From: Lama guanicoe
Taxonomy: Eukaryota
Assembly (NCBI GenBank): GCA_013239625.1
Contig: MU053418.1
Location: forward strand, 62,001-126,000
Reading direction: 5' to 3'
Length of the DNA stretch: 64,000 nt
Part shown: in pieces, positions 14,565 to 27,099 of the stretch
Layout: every line of letters starts with the position of its first letter
Position numbering within the stretch: position 1 is the stretch's first letter
Made by a program: the position numbers and the translations under genes
The notes under the pieces: model-generated
Database searches by the model: none
What the model saw: only the letters and a program-made list of their open reading frames with translations
What the model was told of the DNA's origin: nothing

Positions 14565-15158
14565 TGAACTTATTTACAAAACAGAAACAGACTCACAGAC
14601 ATAGAAAACAAATTTATGGTTATCCGGGGGAAAGGAGGTAGGAAGGGATAAATTGGGAGTTCCAAGATTTGCAGATACTAACTACTTTATATAAAATAGC
14701 TGAATAACAAGGTTCTTTTACATAGCACAAGGAACTATACTGAATATCATGTAGCAATCTATAATGAAAAATATGAAAATGAATATATGTATGTATATGT
14801 ATGACTGAAATATTATGCTATACACCAGAAGTTGACACAACATTGTAAACTAACTATACTTCAATAATAAATAAAATAGATTTTTAAAAAAGCTACAAAC
14901 TTCCAGTTGTTAAGTTAAATAGGTACTGGGGTTGTAATGCATAACATGATGATTACAGTTCACACAATGTATGGTATATATGAAAGTCTGAGTAAATTCT
15001 AAGAGTTACATCACAAGGGAAAAAATTTTCTGAAATGTGTATGAGATGATGGATATTAAACAAAACTTTTGTGGTATCTGTTTCATGACATGTGTAAGTC
15101 AGGTTGAACACTTTGGACTTTATGGTTGTAGGTCAATCATATTTCAATAAAACTGGAA
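14170..15158 (+). mobile_element. Older L1 3'UTR, interrupted by a younger L1 3' end
   Basis: Continuous L1MA-type 3'UTR on either side of 14447-14887, ending caataaaactggaaa. Confidence 0.75.
14447..14887 (+). mobile_element. 5'-truncated young (artiodactyl/camelid) L1 3' end with TSD
   Basis: 16-bp TSD aaaag(t/c)tacaaacttc at 14431-14446 and 14888-14903. The 3'UTR is similar to 21750-22150 and contains a (CA)n tract. Confidence 0.85.
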
Positions 15159-18100
15159 ATAGAGGAGAAGTCAGATCAAAATGGCAGAATAGAAGGATGT
15201 GGAGCTCACTTCCTCCCACAAATGCATCAAAAATGAACCTACGTGTGGAACAGTTCTCACAGAATACCTGCTGCATGCTGGTAGAAGATCTCATTAGACC
15301 AAAATCCCAAGGATTTCCACATAACAAGGTAGAATGAAGGGGAAAAGTGGAATCAGACTGGGACCTGCACCCCTGGGTGGGAGCTCTGAAGGAGCAGAGG
15401 TTTCCTCACCCTGGGAAACCCCTTCACCAGCATGGAGCTCAACCAGGACCGAAAGGGAGCTTCAGAGGCTCAGAGGAGAGGGCAGCAGCCAGTGTGCAGC
15501 AGGCAGAAGAGAAAGAGGCTGGCACAGAGGGTTCATGCCACCTCATTGCATTCCCCAGCCCAAGAGGTGTGTCTGCATGTGCGTGCAGGGGCTGGGTGCT
15601 GAAACTAAGGCTTCAGAGGTCAGATCTGGGGAGAGGACTAGGGTTGGCTGCGCAGGGACAGCCTGAAGGGGCTAGAGCCTGCTCTGGGCCACAAGCAGAG
15701 GCATGCGCAGGAAGAAGGTTGGGTCCACTGTAGAAGCCCCGGTGTTAACACGCATACTCAGAGAGGGGCAGGGCGGCCACAGCAGCCTTACTCACAGCGC
15801 GCTCACGGCAGGCGGCGGCTCCACCTATACTCCCGTAAGTACGCCAGCGCCGGTGGGAGGCCGCGCTCAAATCCAAGCGATCCCCAGAGGCTGTGCAACT
15901 TCAGAAGCAGGGTTGAAATCTGAGTGTCCCAGGGGCTGTGTGACCCCCAGATGTATACAACCATGGGCACTCTGTAAACCCAGTGCTTGCAGGAGATCTG
16001 AGCAGAGCTGGTGCTTCCCTGGCCTGGGGAGGTCGGGCTGTAAGCCCTGTGAGCTTGCGCGGGCAGACGCCAGGCTGGGGTCTGGGCTGACCCAGCAGCG
16101 CCCACAGCAAGTCCAGGTGCATGACTGCGGCAGGCCTGGGCCTCAGCTCAGCAGTTCTGCGCCAGCAGATCTGTGCTGGTGGTTTTGTAAGCACACCATC
16201 TAAGGGACACCCAGGCTGAGGGCCTGAATTCCCACGGTTGAAGCGGGGCCGAGGGCAGTGTCAAAAACTGTACTTTCTGAGCCACACAACAGGTGACTGG
16301 CAACACCTTGGAGCACACTTCCTGGGGGACAGCTACTGCAGAGGAACACTAAGTAGCTCCTCTCCCAGTGGGAGCACTCCAGGCCTGCCTACACACACTG
16401 CAGTTCAGTAAGGCAGCTAGGGGCATCCATCCCAACAACTAGGAAGTAGACCTGCCCCCAACAGAGCTGTGACAACCACAGAGCAAAAGGGAGACCCCAC
16501 CCAACATCCAGTGCAGGCTCTGGGAACCACAGCAACAATCACACCCCATATCAAGGGAATAACATCAAGCACACACTGAGGAAGAATGTGGGAGGCATCC
16601 ATAGTAAAAACAATCCTCATACTAAAAATACTAGACTCACAGAGGCTACACAGGGCCACTCCCACATAAAAAAGCCCTTCAAGACCATAGCAGATAACTG
16701 TTTCACCTAGACTCAGAGTCAGAGCAATATAAGTAAAATGAAAAAGCAGAGGGACCACTACCAACTAAAGAAACAAGAGGATTCTGCTGAAAGAATAAAC
16801 AATGTAACAAACCTCTCCAGCCTACCAGAACTTGAGTTCAAAAAGGAGGTAATGAAAACACTGAAGGAATTAAGAAAGTCTATTGATGGGAATGCAGATC
16901 ACTGTAACAAGGAACTGGAAACTATAAAGAGGAGCCAATTAATTCAGAAAACTCATTTGCTGAGACAAAAACTGGCTAAAGGCAACAAACAGCAAACTGG
17001 ATAATGCAGTGTGAATGAATAAGTGATTTGGAAGATAGAATAACAGAAATTACCCAGTCAGTACAGCAGACAGAAAGACAAATGAAAAAATTTTTTAAAA
17101 ATGAAAGCAACATACTAGACCTATGGGATAATATAAAGCACCCCAATCTAAGCATAATGGGGATCCCGGAAGGAAAACAAAGAGAAAGGAGATAAAAAAT
17201 GTGTCTGAAGAAATTATAGCTGAATACTTCCCAAACCTAAAAAAGTAAACAGATATCCAGGTACAGGAAGCACTGAGGATCCCATACAAGATGAAGCCAA
17301 AAAGATCTATAATAAGACAAATTGTAATTAAAATGGCCAAAGTTAAAGAGAAGATTTTAAAGGTGGCAAGAGAAAAACAAAGAGTTAATTACAAAGGAAT
17401 TCCCATAAGGCTACCAGTTAATTTCTCTACAGAAACATTGCAGGCCAGAAAGGAGTAGCAAAATATATTAAAGTCCTGAAGAAAAAAACCTGCAATCTAT
17501 GATACTCTACCTAGTCAGATTATCATTTACAATAGAGGGAGAGACAAAAAATTTCTCAGACAAATAAAAACTAAAACAATACAGGAACGCTATGCCTATC
17601 CTAAAAGAAACAGTGAAAGCTCTTCTCTAAACAATAAAGAAGCAGGGAGCTATAGAAAAGAAAAAACCACAAATGGAAATGTGATAACTACAGTGAACAG
17701 AAAAAAGAAATAAATATGAAGATGCAAAAGAGGACATCAAAATCATAAAATGTGGGGGAGGAGAGTAAGAAAATGTAGATTTTTTTTTTTAGAATGTGTT
17801 TGAGCCCCTATGACTACCAATCTAAAGGAAATAGATACAGTAACGGGTTAACATACTTGAAAAAAAGGGTAACCACAAATCAAAAACATACAATAGAGTC
17901 ACAAAAGCAAAAAGAACAGAACACGAGCATAATACAAACAAAACCATCAAAACACAATATGAAAGACAAACAAGAACAAAGAAAAAGTACAAAATCAATC
18001 AGAAAACAAGGTTTAAAATGGCAACAAATACATATCTATCAATAATTACTTTAAATGTCAATGGACTAAATGCTCCAAGCAAAAGACACAGAGTTGCATA

Positions 18101-18387
18101 CAGGATAATAAAACAAGAGCCTACAATATGCTACCTATAAGAGGTCCACTTTAGGGTAAAGCACACACACAGTTAAAGGATGTAAAATGATATTTCATTG
18201 TAAAAAGAAATGACAAGAAAGTGGAGGTATCAATACTCATATCAGACAAAATAAACTTTAAAATAAAGACCATAAAAGAAGGACACTATGCAATGATAAA
18301 AGGAACAATACAAGAAGGGGATGTTACAATCATTAACATACGCACTTGCAATACAGGAGCACCTAAATACTAAGAGACATAAAAGTA

Positions 18388-18418
<31 letters not shown>

Positions 18419-18442
18419 CACACACACACACACACATACATA
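18388..18442. repeat. (TA)n/(CA)n microsatellite inside L1 ORF2
   Basis: Seen directly. Confidence 0.9.
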
Positions 18443-20090
18443 CAGATGTAAAGGGAGAAACTAATGGGTTTACAGTAAGAGTAGGAGACTTTAACACTCA
18501 CTCACATCAATGGACAGATCTTCCAGACAGAAAATCAAAGAGAAATTCTCAATTATACAATAGAACAGTTAAACCTAATTGATGTTTTCAGAACATTACC
18601 TCCTCCCCAAAACCAGAATATACATTCTTTTCAAATGCACATGGACAATTGCTAGGATTGAACACATACTATGAAACAAAAGCCTCAACAAATTTAAGAG
18701 GATAGAAATTATTTCAAGCATCTTTTCTAACCACAATGACATAAAAATAGAAATCAACTACAGCAAGAAAAATGAGGAAAAAACTGACTGCATGGAGACT
18801 AAACAACATGCTAGTAAAAAAAACCCCAATGGGTCAATGATGAAATCAAAGAGAAAATTAAAAAATATCTTGAGACATATGACAAAGAAAACACAACCAC
18901 ACAAAATCTATGGGATGCAGCTAAGGAAGTCCTAAGAGAGAATTTTATAGTGACACTATAGGCTTTCCTCAAAAAATAAGAAAAATATGAAACAACTTAA
19001 CCTACCACCTAAAATTTTTTTAAAAATAAGAACAAAATCTAAGTCATCAGAATGAAGGAAACAATAAAGATTAGAGAGAAAATAAATAAAATAGACATTT
19101 TAAAAACAGCAGGAAAAAAATTTTTTTTCAACCCAAAAGCTGGTTCTTTGGAAGGGTAAACAAAATCAACAAACCTCTGGTCAGGCTCACCAAGAAAAGA
19201 GAAACCCCAAATACACAATATAAGAAATGAAAGAAGAAAAGTAACAACAAGTACCACAGAAATACAAAAAACCACAAGAGAATACTATGAACAATTATAT
19301 GTCAACAAGCTAGAAAACCCAGAAGAAATGGAAGTTTCTAGAAACACACAGCCCACCAAACTGAACTAGAACAGATAATCTGAACAGACCAATCACCAAA
19401 AGTGAAATAGAATCAGTAATTTAAAAAAAAAGAAAGAAAGAAAGAAAAGAAAAACAAAAACAAAAAACTTCCCTGCAAATAAAAGTCCAGTACCGGATGG
19501 CTTCACTGGGGAATTCTACCAAACATACAAAGAAGAAATTACACCAATTCTTCTCAAATTCTTCCAAACGACTGAAGAGAGAATACTCCCAGTCTCATTC
19601 TGTGAAACCACCATCACCCTGATACAAAAGCCAGACAAAGACACTACCATTATCACCGATGAACAGAGATATAAAATTCCTTAACAAAATATTAGCAAAC
19701 AGAACACAACTACACATAAAAAAGATCGCACAAGTTGGATTCATCCCAGGGACACAAGAATAGTTCAACATATGCAAATCAATCACCATGATACACCACA
19801 TCAAATAAAGAAAGGGGAAAAAAAAATCACATGATCATCTCAAGAGATGCAGAAAATGCATTTGATAAAATTTAACACACATTTATGATAACAACTTTAA
19901 CCAAAGTGGGTACAGAGGGAATATATCTCAACATAATAAAAGCTTTTTATGACAAACCCACAGCCAACATAATATTTAACAGTGAAAAGTTGAAAGCCTT
20001 TCCACTAAATCTGGTACAAGACAAGGATGCCCACTCTCACCACTTCTATTCAATATAGTATTAAGAAGTCCTGGTCACAGCAATCAGACA

Positions 20091-20210
20091 AAAAGAAAAG
20101 AAAAGAAAAGAAAAGAAAAGAAAAGAAAAGAAAAGAAAAGAAAAGAAAAGAAAAGAAAAGAAAAGAAAAGAAAGGAGGGAGGGAGGAAGGAAGGAAGGAA
20201 GAAAGAAAAG
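20091..20210. repeat. (AAAAG)n pentanucleotide microsatellite followed by a (GGAA)n purine tract
   Basis: About 16 perfect aaaag units. Confidence 0.95.
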
Positions 20211-22347
20211 GGATCCAAATTGAAAGAGAAGAGTTAAAATTGTCATTATATGAAGATGATATGATATTATATATAGAAAATGCTAATGACGCCACACAAA
20301 AACTACTAGAGCTAGTCAATGAATTCAGCAAGGTAGCAGATATAAGATTAACATAAAGAAATCAGTTGCATTTCTTTACACTAGCAATGAAATATCAGAA
20401 AAGGAAAGTTAAAAAACAGTCTCTTTTTAAAATCACATCAAAAATAAATAAAGCATTTAGTAATAAACCTGACCAAGAAGGTGAAAGACCTAAAGCCATC
20501 TACAGATTTAATGCGATCCCTAACAAGTTACCCAGGACACTTTTCCCAGAACTAGAACAAATAATCCTAAAATGTATTCAGAACCTTGAAAGATCCAGAA
20601 TTGCCATAGCAATCGTGAAGAAAAAGAACAAAGCTGGAGGTGTAACACTACAGTAATCAAAACAGCATTGCACTGGCATAAAAACAGACATATGTATCAA
20701 TGGAACAGAATAGCCAATAAATAAACCCACACACAAATGGTCAATTACTCTTCAACACAAGAGGCAAGAGAATGGAGAAAAGACAGCCTCTTCAGCAAAT
20801 GATGTTGCAAAAGCTAGACAGCTGCATGCAAATCAGTGAAGTTAGAATACTCCCTCACACCATACACAAAAATAAACTCTAAATGGATTGACGATTTAAA
20901 CATAAGACATGACGACATCAAAGTCCTAGAAGAGAAATTAGGCACAACGTTTTCTGACATTAGCTGTACCAACATTTTCTTAGGTCAATCTCTCAAGACA
21001 ATAGAAATAAAAGCAAAAATAAACAAGTGGGAGCTAATCATACCTATAAGCTTTTGCACAGCAAAGGAAACCATAAATAAAATGAAAAGACAACATATGA
21101 AATGGGAGAAAATATTTGCAAACAATGAAACTGACAAGAGATTAATTTCCAAAATATACAAATAGCTCATACAATTCAAAAATAACAACCAAAAATACAA
21201 CCCAATCAAAAAATAGGAAGAGGACCTAAACAGACACTTCTCCAAATAACACATACAGATGGCCAACAGGCACATGAAAACATGCTCAATGTCACTAATT
21301 ATTAAAGAAATGCAAATCAAAACCACAATGGGGTACTACCTCACACTGGTCAGAATGGCCATCATTAAAATAATACAAATAACAAATGCTGGAGAGAATG
21401 TGGAGAAAAGGGAACCCTTCTACACTGCTGGGAGGAATGTAAACTGGTGCAGCACAATGGAAAACAGAATGGAGGTTCCTTAAAAAACTAAAAGCAGAGT
21501 TTCATATGATCCAGAAATCCTACTCCTCAACATATATCTAGAGAAAACTATAATTCAAAAAGATACATGCACCCAATGTTCATAGCAGCACTATTTACAA
21601 CAGCCAAGACATGAAAGCAACCTAAATGTTCATTAGCCGATGAATAGATCAAGAAGATGTATATATACAGAATTGAGTATTACTCAGCCATAAAAAGAAT
21701 GAAATAATGTCATTTGCAGCAACATGGATGGACCTAAAGATTATCACATTAAGTGCAGCAAGTCAGAATGAGAAAGACAAATTCCTTATGATATCACATA
21801 CATGTGGAATCTAAAATATGACACAAATGAACTTATTTACAAAACAGAAACAGACTCTCAGACATAGAAAACAAACTTACGGTTACCAAAGGGGAAAGAG
21901 GATGGGGGAAGGTAAATTAGGAGTCTAGGATAAGCAGATACAAACTACTATATATAAAACAGATAAACAACAATGCCTTACTATACAGCACAGTGAACTA
22001 TACTCAATATCCTGTAATAAAACACAATGGAAAATAATATGAAAATGACTATGTATATATATGTAGAACTGAATCTCTTTGCTTTATACCAGAAACTAAC
22101 ACAATGTTGTAAATCAACTATAATTCCATAAAAAATAAGTTTCAAAAAATGAAAATAAAACTGATGTGGAAATCTTGGGGTAAAATAGTAGAGTAAGGAA
22201 ACCCAGAATTCCATCCCTCCTGTAAAGCAATGATTAAACTAGAAAAAACTCTCAGAATCAAGTTTTTCAGAACTCTGCAATCTAACAAAAAACCTGGAAT
22301 AACCAAGGCATTCCTGGTTTGGCTTGCTGGTGCCAGAGTGGTCAATA

Positions 22348-22789
22348 CAGGCACACCTTGTAGACATTTCAGGATCAGTTCCAGATCAATGCACTAAATT
22401 CAGTAACATGAATTTTTTGGTTTCCCAATATATATAAAAGTTATTTTTACACTATACTGTAGTCTCCTACATGTGAAGTAGTGTTACATCTCTTAAAATG
22501 TACATACTTTAATCAAAAAATACTTTATTGCTAAAAATGCTAACCATCATCTGCGCTTCCAACAAGTCATAATCTTTTTGCAATGGTAATATCAAAGGTC
22601 ACTGATCACAGATCACCATAACAAATATAATAATAATGAAAATGTTTGAAATATTGAGAATTACCAAGAAGTGAGCAAATGCTTCTGGAAAAATGGCACA
22701 AATAGACCTGTTCGATGCAGGGTTGCCACAAAACTTCAATTTATAAAAAATGAAGTATCTGCAAAGCACAATAAAACAAGGTACGGCTA
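22348..22789 (-). mobile_element. Tigger1 internal-deletion derivative (Tigger1a-like), inserted in an old L1 5' end
   Basis: TA-flanked ends caggcacacct.. / ..aggtacggcta. Both termini match Tigger1 ends as I recall them. Confidence 0.8.
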
Positions 22790-22859
22790 TATGTACCTTA
22801 TTTTCAAAGAATTGTGTTTTGACCTTCCGGGGGCTCCGTGAGAACACCTACCCCAGGAG

Positions 22860-24515
22860 ACACAACAAACAAAAAAAACAAAAAAAAAAAAAACCCAAAA
22901 AACAACAAAAAAAACAAAAACAAAAAACCCACTATTTTAAAATGAGCAAAGGACTAAAACAGACATTTCTCCAAAGAAAATATACAAATGGCCAATATGT
23001 TTATGAAAATATGCTCAAAATCACTAATCATTAGGGAAATGCAAATCAAAAGCACAAACAGATACTACTTTACACCCATTATGACAGCTGCTATCAAAAA
23101 ACCAAAAAACAACAAGTGTTGGCGAGAATGTATAGAAATTGGAACCCTTGTGCACTGTTGGGAATATAAAATGGTATAAACGCTGTGGAAAACAGTATGG
23201 TGGTTCCTCAAAAAATTAAAAATATAATTACCATGTGATCCAGCAATATCATTTCTTAGTATTGATCCAAAAGAATTGAAAGCAGAGTCTCAAAGAGGTA
23301 TCTGTACACCCATGTTCATAGAAGCACCATGCACAATAGCCAAAACGCAGAAGCAAACCAAATATCCAACAACAGACGAATGAATAAACAGAATGTGATA
23401 TATATACACAGTAGAGTATCATTCAACCTTAAAAAAGGAAGAAAATTCTGACACATACTACAACATGGATGAATCCTGAAGACATTACACTAAGCAAAAT
23501 AAGCCAGTCACAAAAAGTCACTTCCCTTAACATGAAGTATCAAGAGCAGTCAAACTTATAGAAACAGAAAGTTGAATAGGAGGCCGAGAGGAATGGGGAG
23601 TTTCTGTTTAATGGGTACAGACTTTGTTTTACAAGATGAAAATGCTTTGGAGGTTGGTTGCACAACAGTGTAAATAAACTTAACACTTTTGAACTGTACA
23701 CTTAAGAAGACTACGATGATTCAAAAAAAAAAAAAGGATGCCTGCTTTGGCCATTTATATATTCAACACTGTACTAGAAATTCTAGCCAGAGCAAATAGG
23801 TCAGTAGGTAGGTATTCAGGTGGGTAGGTAGGTAAATAAATAAATGGCATTCAAACTGGAAAGGAAGAAATACAATTGTCTCTTATTTGCAGATGACATA
23901 TATAGAAAATTCTAAAGAATCTACAAATAAACTATTAGAACTAGTGAATAAATTCAGCAAAGTTGTAAGATACAAGGTCAACACTTAAAAATCCATTGTA
24001 TTTCTACACACTATAAATAAGCAATCAAAAAGGAAGTTAAGAGAACAGTTCCATTTACAACAGCATCTAAAATAAAATACTTAAGAATAAATTTAAGCAA
24101 GGATGTCTAAGATCTGTACATTAGAAACTACAAAACATTGCTGAAAGAAATTAAAAACCTAAATTAATGGAAAAACACCTCATGTTCATAGATTCTAAGA
24201 CTTACTACTCTTAAAATGGCAATATTCCCCAAAGTGGTCTACAGATACAATGCAATCCTTATCAAAATTTCAACAGCCTTTTGTGTGGAAATAGAAAAGC
24301 TAACATAAAATTCATGGCTTGCAAGGGACCTTGCTGTGGAACTGTTTGGCAGTTTCAAAATAAGTTAAACACAGACTTATCACATGATCCATCCATTTCA
24401 CTCCTAGGAAAGAACTGAAAATAGGTCTTCTAACAAAAACTTGTTCAAGAATGCTCACAGCAGCACTATTCTCAATAACCAAAAATGGAATCACCCACAA
24501 ATGCCCATCAATTAC

Positions 24516-24548
<33 letters not shown>

Positions 24549-24940
24549 TATACAATGGAATATTTACTCAGTCATAAAAGGGATGAAGAAGTAATATAAG
24601 TTACAACATGCATGGGTCTTGAAAACATGATAAGTGAAAGAAGCCACACACAAAAGGCTACATGACTCCATTTATATGGGCTATCCAGAATAGGCAAGTC
24701 CATAAACAGGAATAGATTTGCAGTTGCTAGGGGCTGGGGTAAATGGGGAGTAACTGTTAATTAAGTTATGGTACTGCTTATTAAGGGCATAGGGTTTCCT
24801 TTTGGTGTGAGGAAGAGATTTTAGAAGTAGATGGTGGCTAAGGTTACACATTGTTAATGTACAAAATGCCACTGAATTCTGTACTTTTTCATGGTTGAAC
24901 TGTGAATTTCATGTCACGTGTATTTTACCACAATTAAATA
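22860..24940 (+). mobile_element. Tandem old L1 fragments (3' end 22860-23735, ORF2 piece 23736-24320, L1MB-type 3' end 24330-24940)
   Basis: [20 protein letters not shown]; tatttgcagatgacata; typical 3'UTR ends. Confidence 0.8.
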
Positions 24941-25349
24941 AGAGGGGAATCCCTTATTAGACTCTATAAAGATTTACATTCTGCCCAGTCCTCAGGATTG
25001 TCACAAAGCCTCGTCCTACTAACCACCCTAGGTCGCCCTGGTCTACCCAGACCTGTCCCTTCTCTGAACAATCATGAGTCCTAATGCTGGCTCAATTCAT
25101 TTGAATTATTTATCACGTATGTTCTTTTGACATCTCTTAACTTGTCCCCTGGACTGGATAAGAATCATTCACTTTATTTCTAACAGTTCTTTACGTAATG
25201 TTAAGGCTGTCTCTGGAAGGTTCACAGTGTCACCTAATGAAGCCTCTCAAAAAACTTTTTATGTCCTAGTTTCACAACTCAGTAAGATCGTAAGATTCAC
25301 ATTTACCTACATGGCATCGTTGCCCTACTACTGATCTGCTACTCTGTAT

Positions 25350-25675
25350 TAGAAGTTAGCAAACATTTTCAGTAAATATCCACACAGCAAATATTTTAGG
25401 CTTGTGAGCCATACAGTCTCTCCCACAATCACTCAGCTCTGCCCTTGTGATGTATGTACATGTAAAGCAGCCACAGCCATAAATGAATGAGCATGACTGT
25501 GTCCCAATAAAATGTTACAGACACTGAGACTGGAACTTCATAAAATTTTCACATCAAGAATATTACTCTTGATTTGTTTGTTTCTCAATTATCTAAAAAT
25601 TCTAATTTATGGGCCATGATAAAACAGGCAGCATGCTGCACTTGGCCCATGGACTGCAATTTGCTGACTTCCGCT
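25350..25675 (+). mobile_element. MER58B-like hAT-Charlie MITE
   Basis: gttagcaaac..aatattttaggcttgtgagcca..actcagctctgcc..tttgctgacttc pattern. Confidence 0.8.
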
Positions 25676-25789
25676 CTCTATTTTTCCTGATGTTAACTTA
25701 TTCATTTCTACTATTTCATTTCAACGTACATTTCATAAACTTCAAATAATCACTGTTAAGCAAAACTGTGCATAAATTAAACAGCTCAC

Positions 25790-25804
25790 CTGGGATGTGA
25801 TCAT
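25790..25804 (-). CDS. ZNF37A: Start-codon exon of ZNF37A (exon 25790-25848; coding part ATG ATC ACA TCC CAG = MITSQ)
   Basis: Minus strand reads cctttccttctttctcag|CTGTACC...CAGCAGAAAATGATCACATCCCAG|gtgagc, with a strong acceptor and donor and the classic KRAB-ZNF start-exon form. MITSQ is the N-terminus I recall for ZNF37A, the known tandem neighbour of ZNF33. Confidence 0.85.
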
Positions 25805-27021
25805 TTTCTGCTGGTCCTGGAAGAGAGTGCAGAACTGTAAGGGTACAGCTGAGAAAGAAGGAAAGGTCATGAGAGATGTCACCTGCCAAAAAACGCCACA
25901 TAGTACCTGGCAAACACCTCAGAAAGGGAGACACCTTGAGAAGGGGCAGAAAGGGTAACAGTCAGGAAGGGAGCACTCTGTGTCCACGCATGGCCCTGTA
26001 TGACTATGCAGTGCTTGGACACACTAGTTTTCAAATGTAAATACATTTGTTTCCTGCTAATTTATTAACAATGTATGCGCTAACCCAGAAAAATGTAAAC
26101 ACATTAAACTAATTCAGCCAATCAGGAAAAGCCAAGGAATGGAATATAATGCTTTCCTTAAAACTGATGCTGAGCAAAAATACAGAACAAAAATGTGTAA
26201 TGTTCATCACAAAACAGAAAATCCCAACAAGACTCTGAAAAAAGGGAGGGGTTGTTTTAAAGGGCTGGTCTCTCTTGGAAGGAAAAAAAAAATTCCTCTT
26301 AATTTGGTTTCAGGTTCACAGAAGTATTTGACAAAAAAAAAAAACTGGTTTTGATTTATCTGTTGTCAAAGCATAAAAAACCTGCCTGAACTATCAAGAG
26401 ACTAAATGTCTGCTCTTGATTCTGCCGTAATAAAATGTGTGACTGTAACCACTTAATATTTTACACCCACTTCCTGCCCACACTATCCCCACACCGTCTT
26501 TTAAGTAAAGCAGGAATAGACCTGTCATGCAGTACCACCTCTGATTCTCTAACATCAGTACAGAGGGGGCATCAGCATATCTGTAGTTGTGGTGTAGTGT
26601 GGGAGCAGCTTAGAGCCCAGAAACAGTGAAGGGATGAAGAAGGTAATTCCCTTCCCTGTGGCTGGTAAGCTCTTCCTTCCACACGATGCTTTCATAACTC
26701 CCCAAGAAGCAGTATCTTCTGTTCCTTTTGTCTTGCCCTCCTATCCCAGCCACAGCTTACACCTCTTCTGAAAGTTGGCCCAAAGCTTCCACCGTCACCC
26801 AGTCTGTGACAGTCTGGCTATGACAGTGGTTCTGGCAAGAGGACCCAAATTGCTTCTGGCTGAGCAGTAAGAGCCCCTTCCACTTGGGCTCTGGATCTGT
26901 ACTGAAGTCTCAGGCCAGCTGGCTGTCCTACCAGGGATTTCTGCTCCTGGAACCCCCTTCTTACGTCACAAAAGCTGCTTTGTTGCAAGAAAGCCTGACC
27001 CAAATCAGTTGGAATATTCAC

Positions 27022-27076
27022 CCAAAATCTCAAGCTCCGGGATCTTCCTGTCAGCTTGAGTTACAAGCATGACCAC
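27022..27076 (-). other. Candidate 5'UTR exon of ZNF37A
   Basis: Acceptor tttgcttttacag|GTGG (AG at 27077-27078). Donor is either GG|gtgaat at 27021 or GT|gtaagc at 26760. Confidence 0.4.
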
Positions 27077-27099
27077 CTGTAAAAGCAAACTGGTGCTAC

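Larger units (their letters stand above)
15160..22153 (+). mobile_element. Full-length but inactivated LINE-1 (~7 kb; 5'UTR to 16737, ORF1 from 16738, ORF2 from ~18018, 3'UTR and A tail)
   Basis: GC/CpG-rich 5'UTR, ORF1 start MKKQRDHYQLKKQE, RT motif LSLYEDDMILYIEN. Multiple stops and frameshifts, plus an internal deletion near 20490. Possible TSD aataaaactg (15146-15155, 22154-22163). Confidence 0.93.

Noticed and set aside
15334..16203. Cluster of 100-166 aa ORFs on both strands (also 12100-13130)
   Set aside because: Expected by chance in GC-rich L1 5'UTRs; no recognisable domain.
20027..20356. Lys/Arg-rich ORF and its antisense Phe/Ser-rich ORFs
   Set aside because: Translation of an (AAAAG)n microsatellite inside a dead L1 ORF2.
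25907..25934. Separate 28-nt UTR exon just upstream of the start exon
   Set aside because: It would need a 58-nt intron, which is unusually short for mammals; kept only as a possible alternative acceptor.
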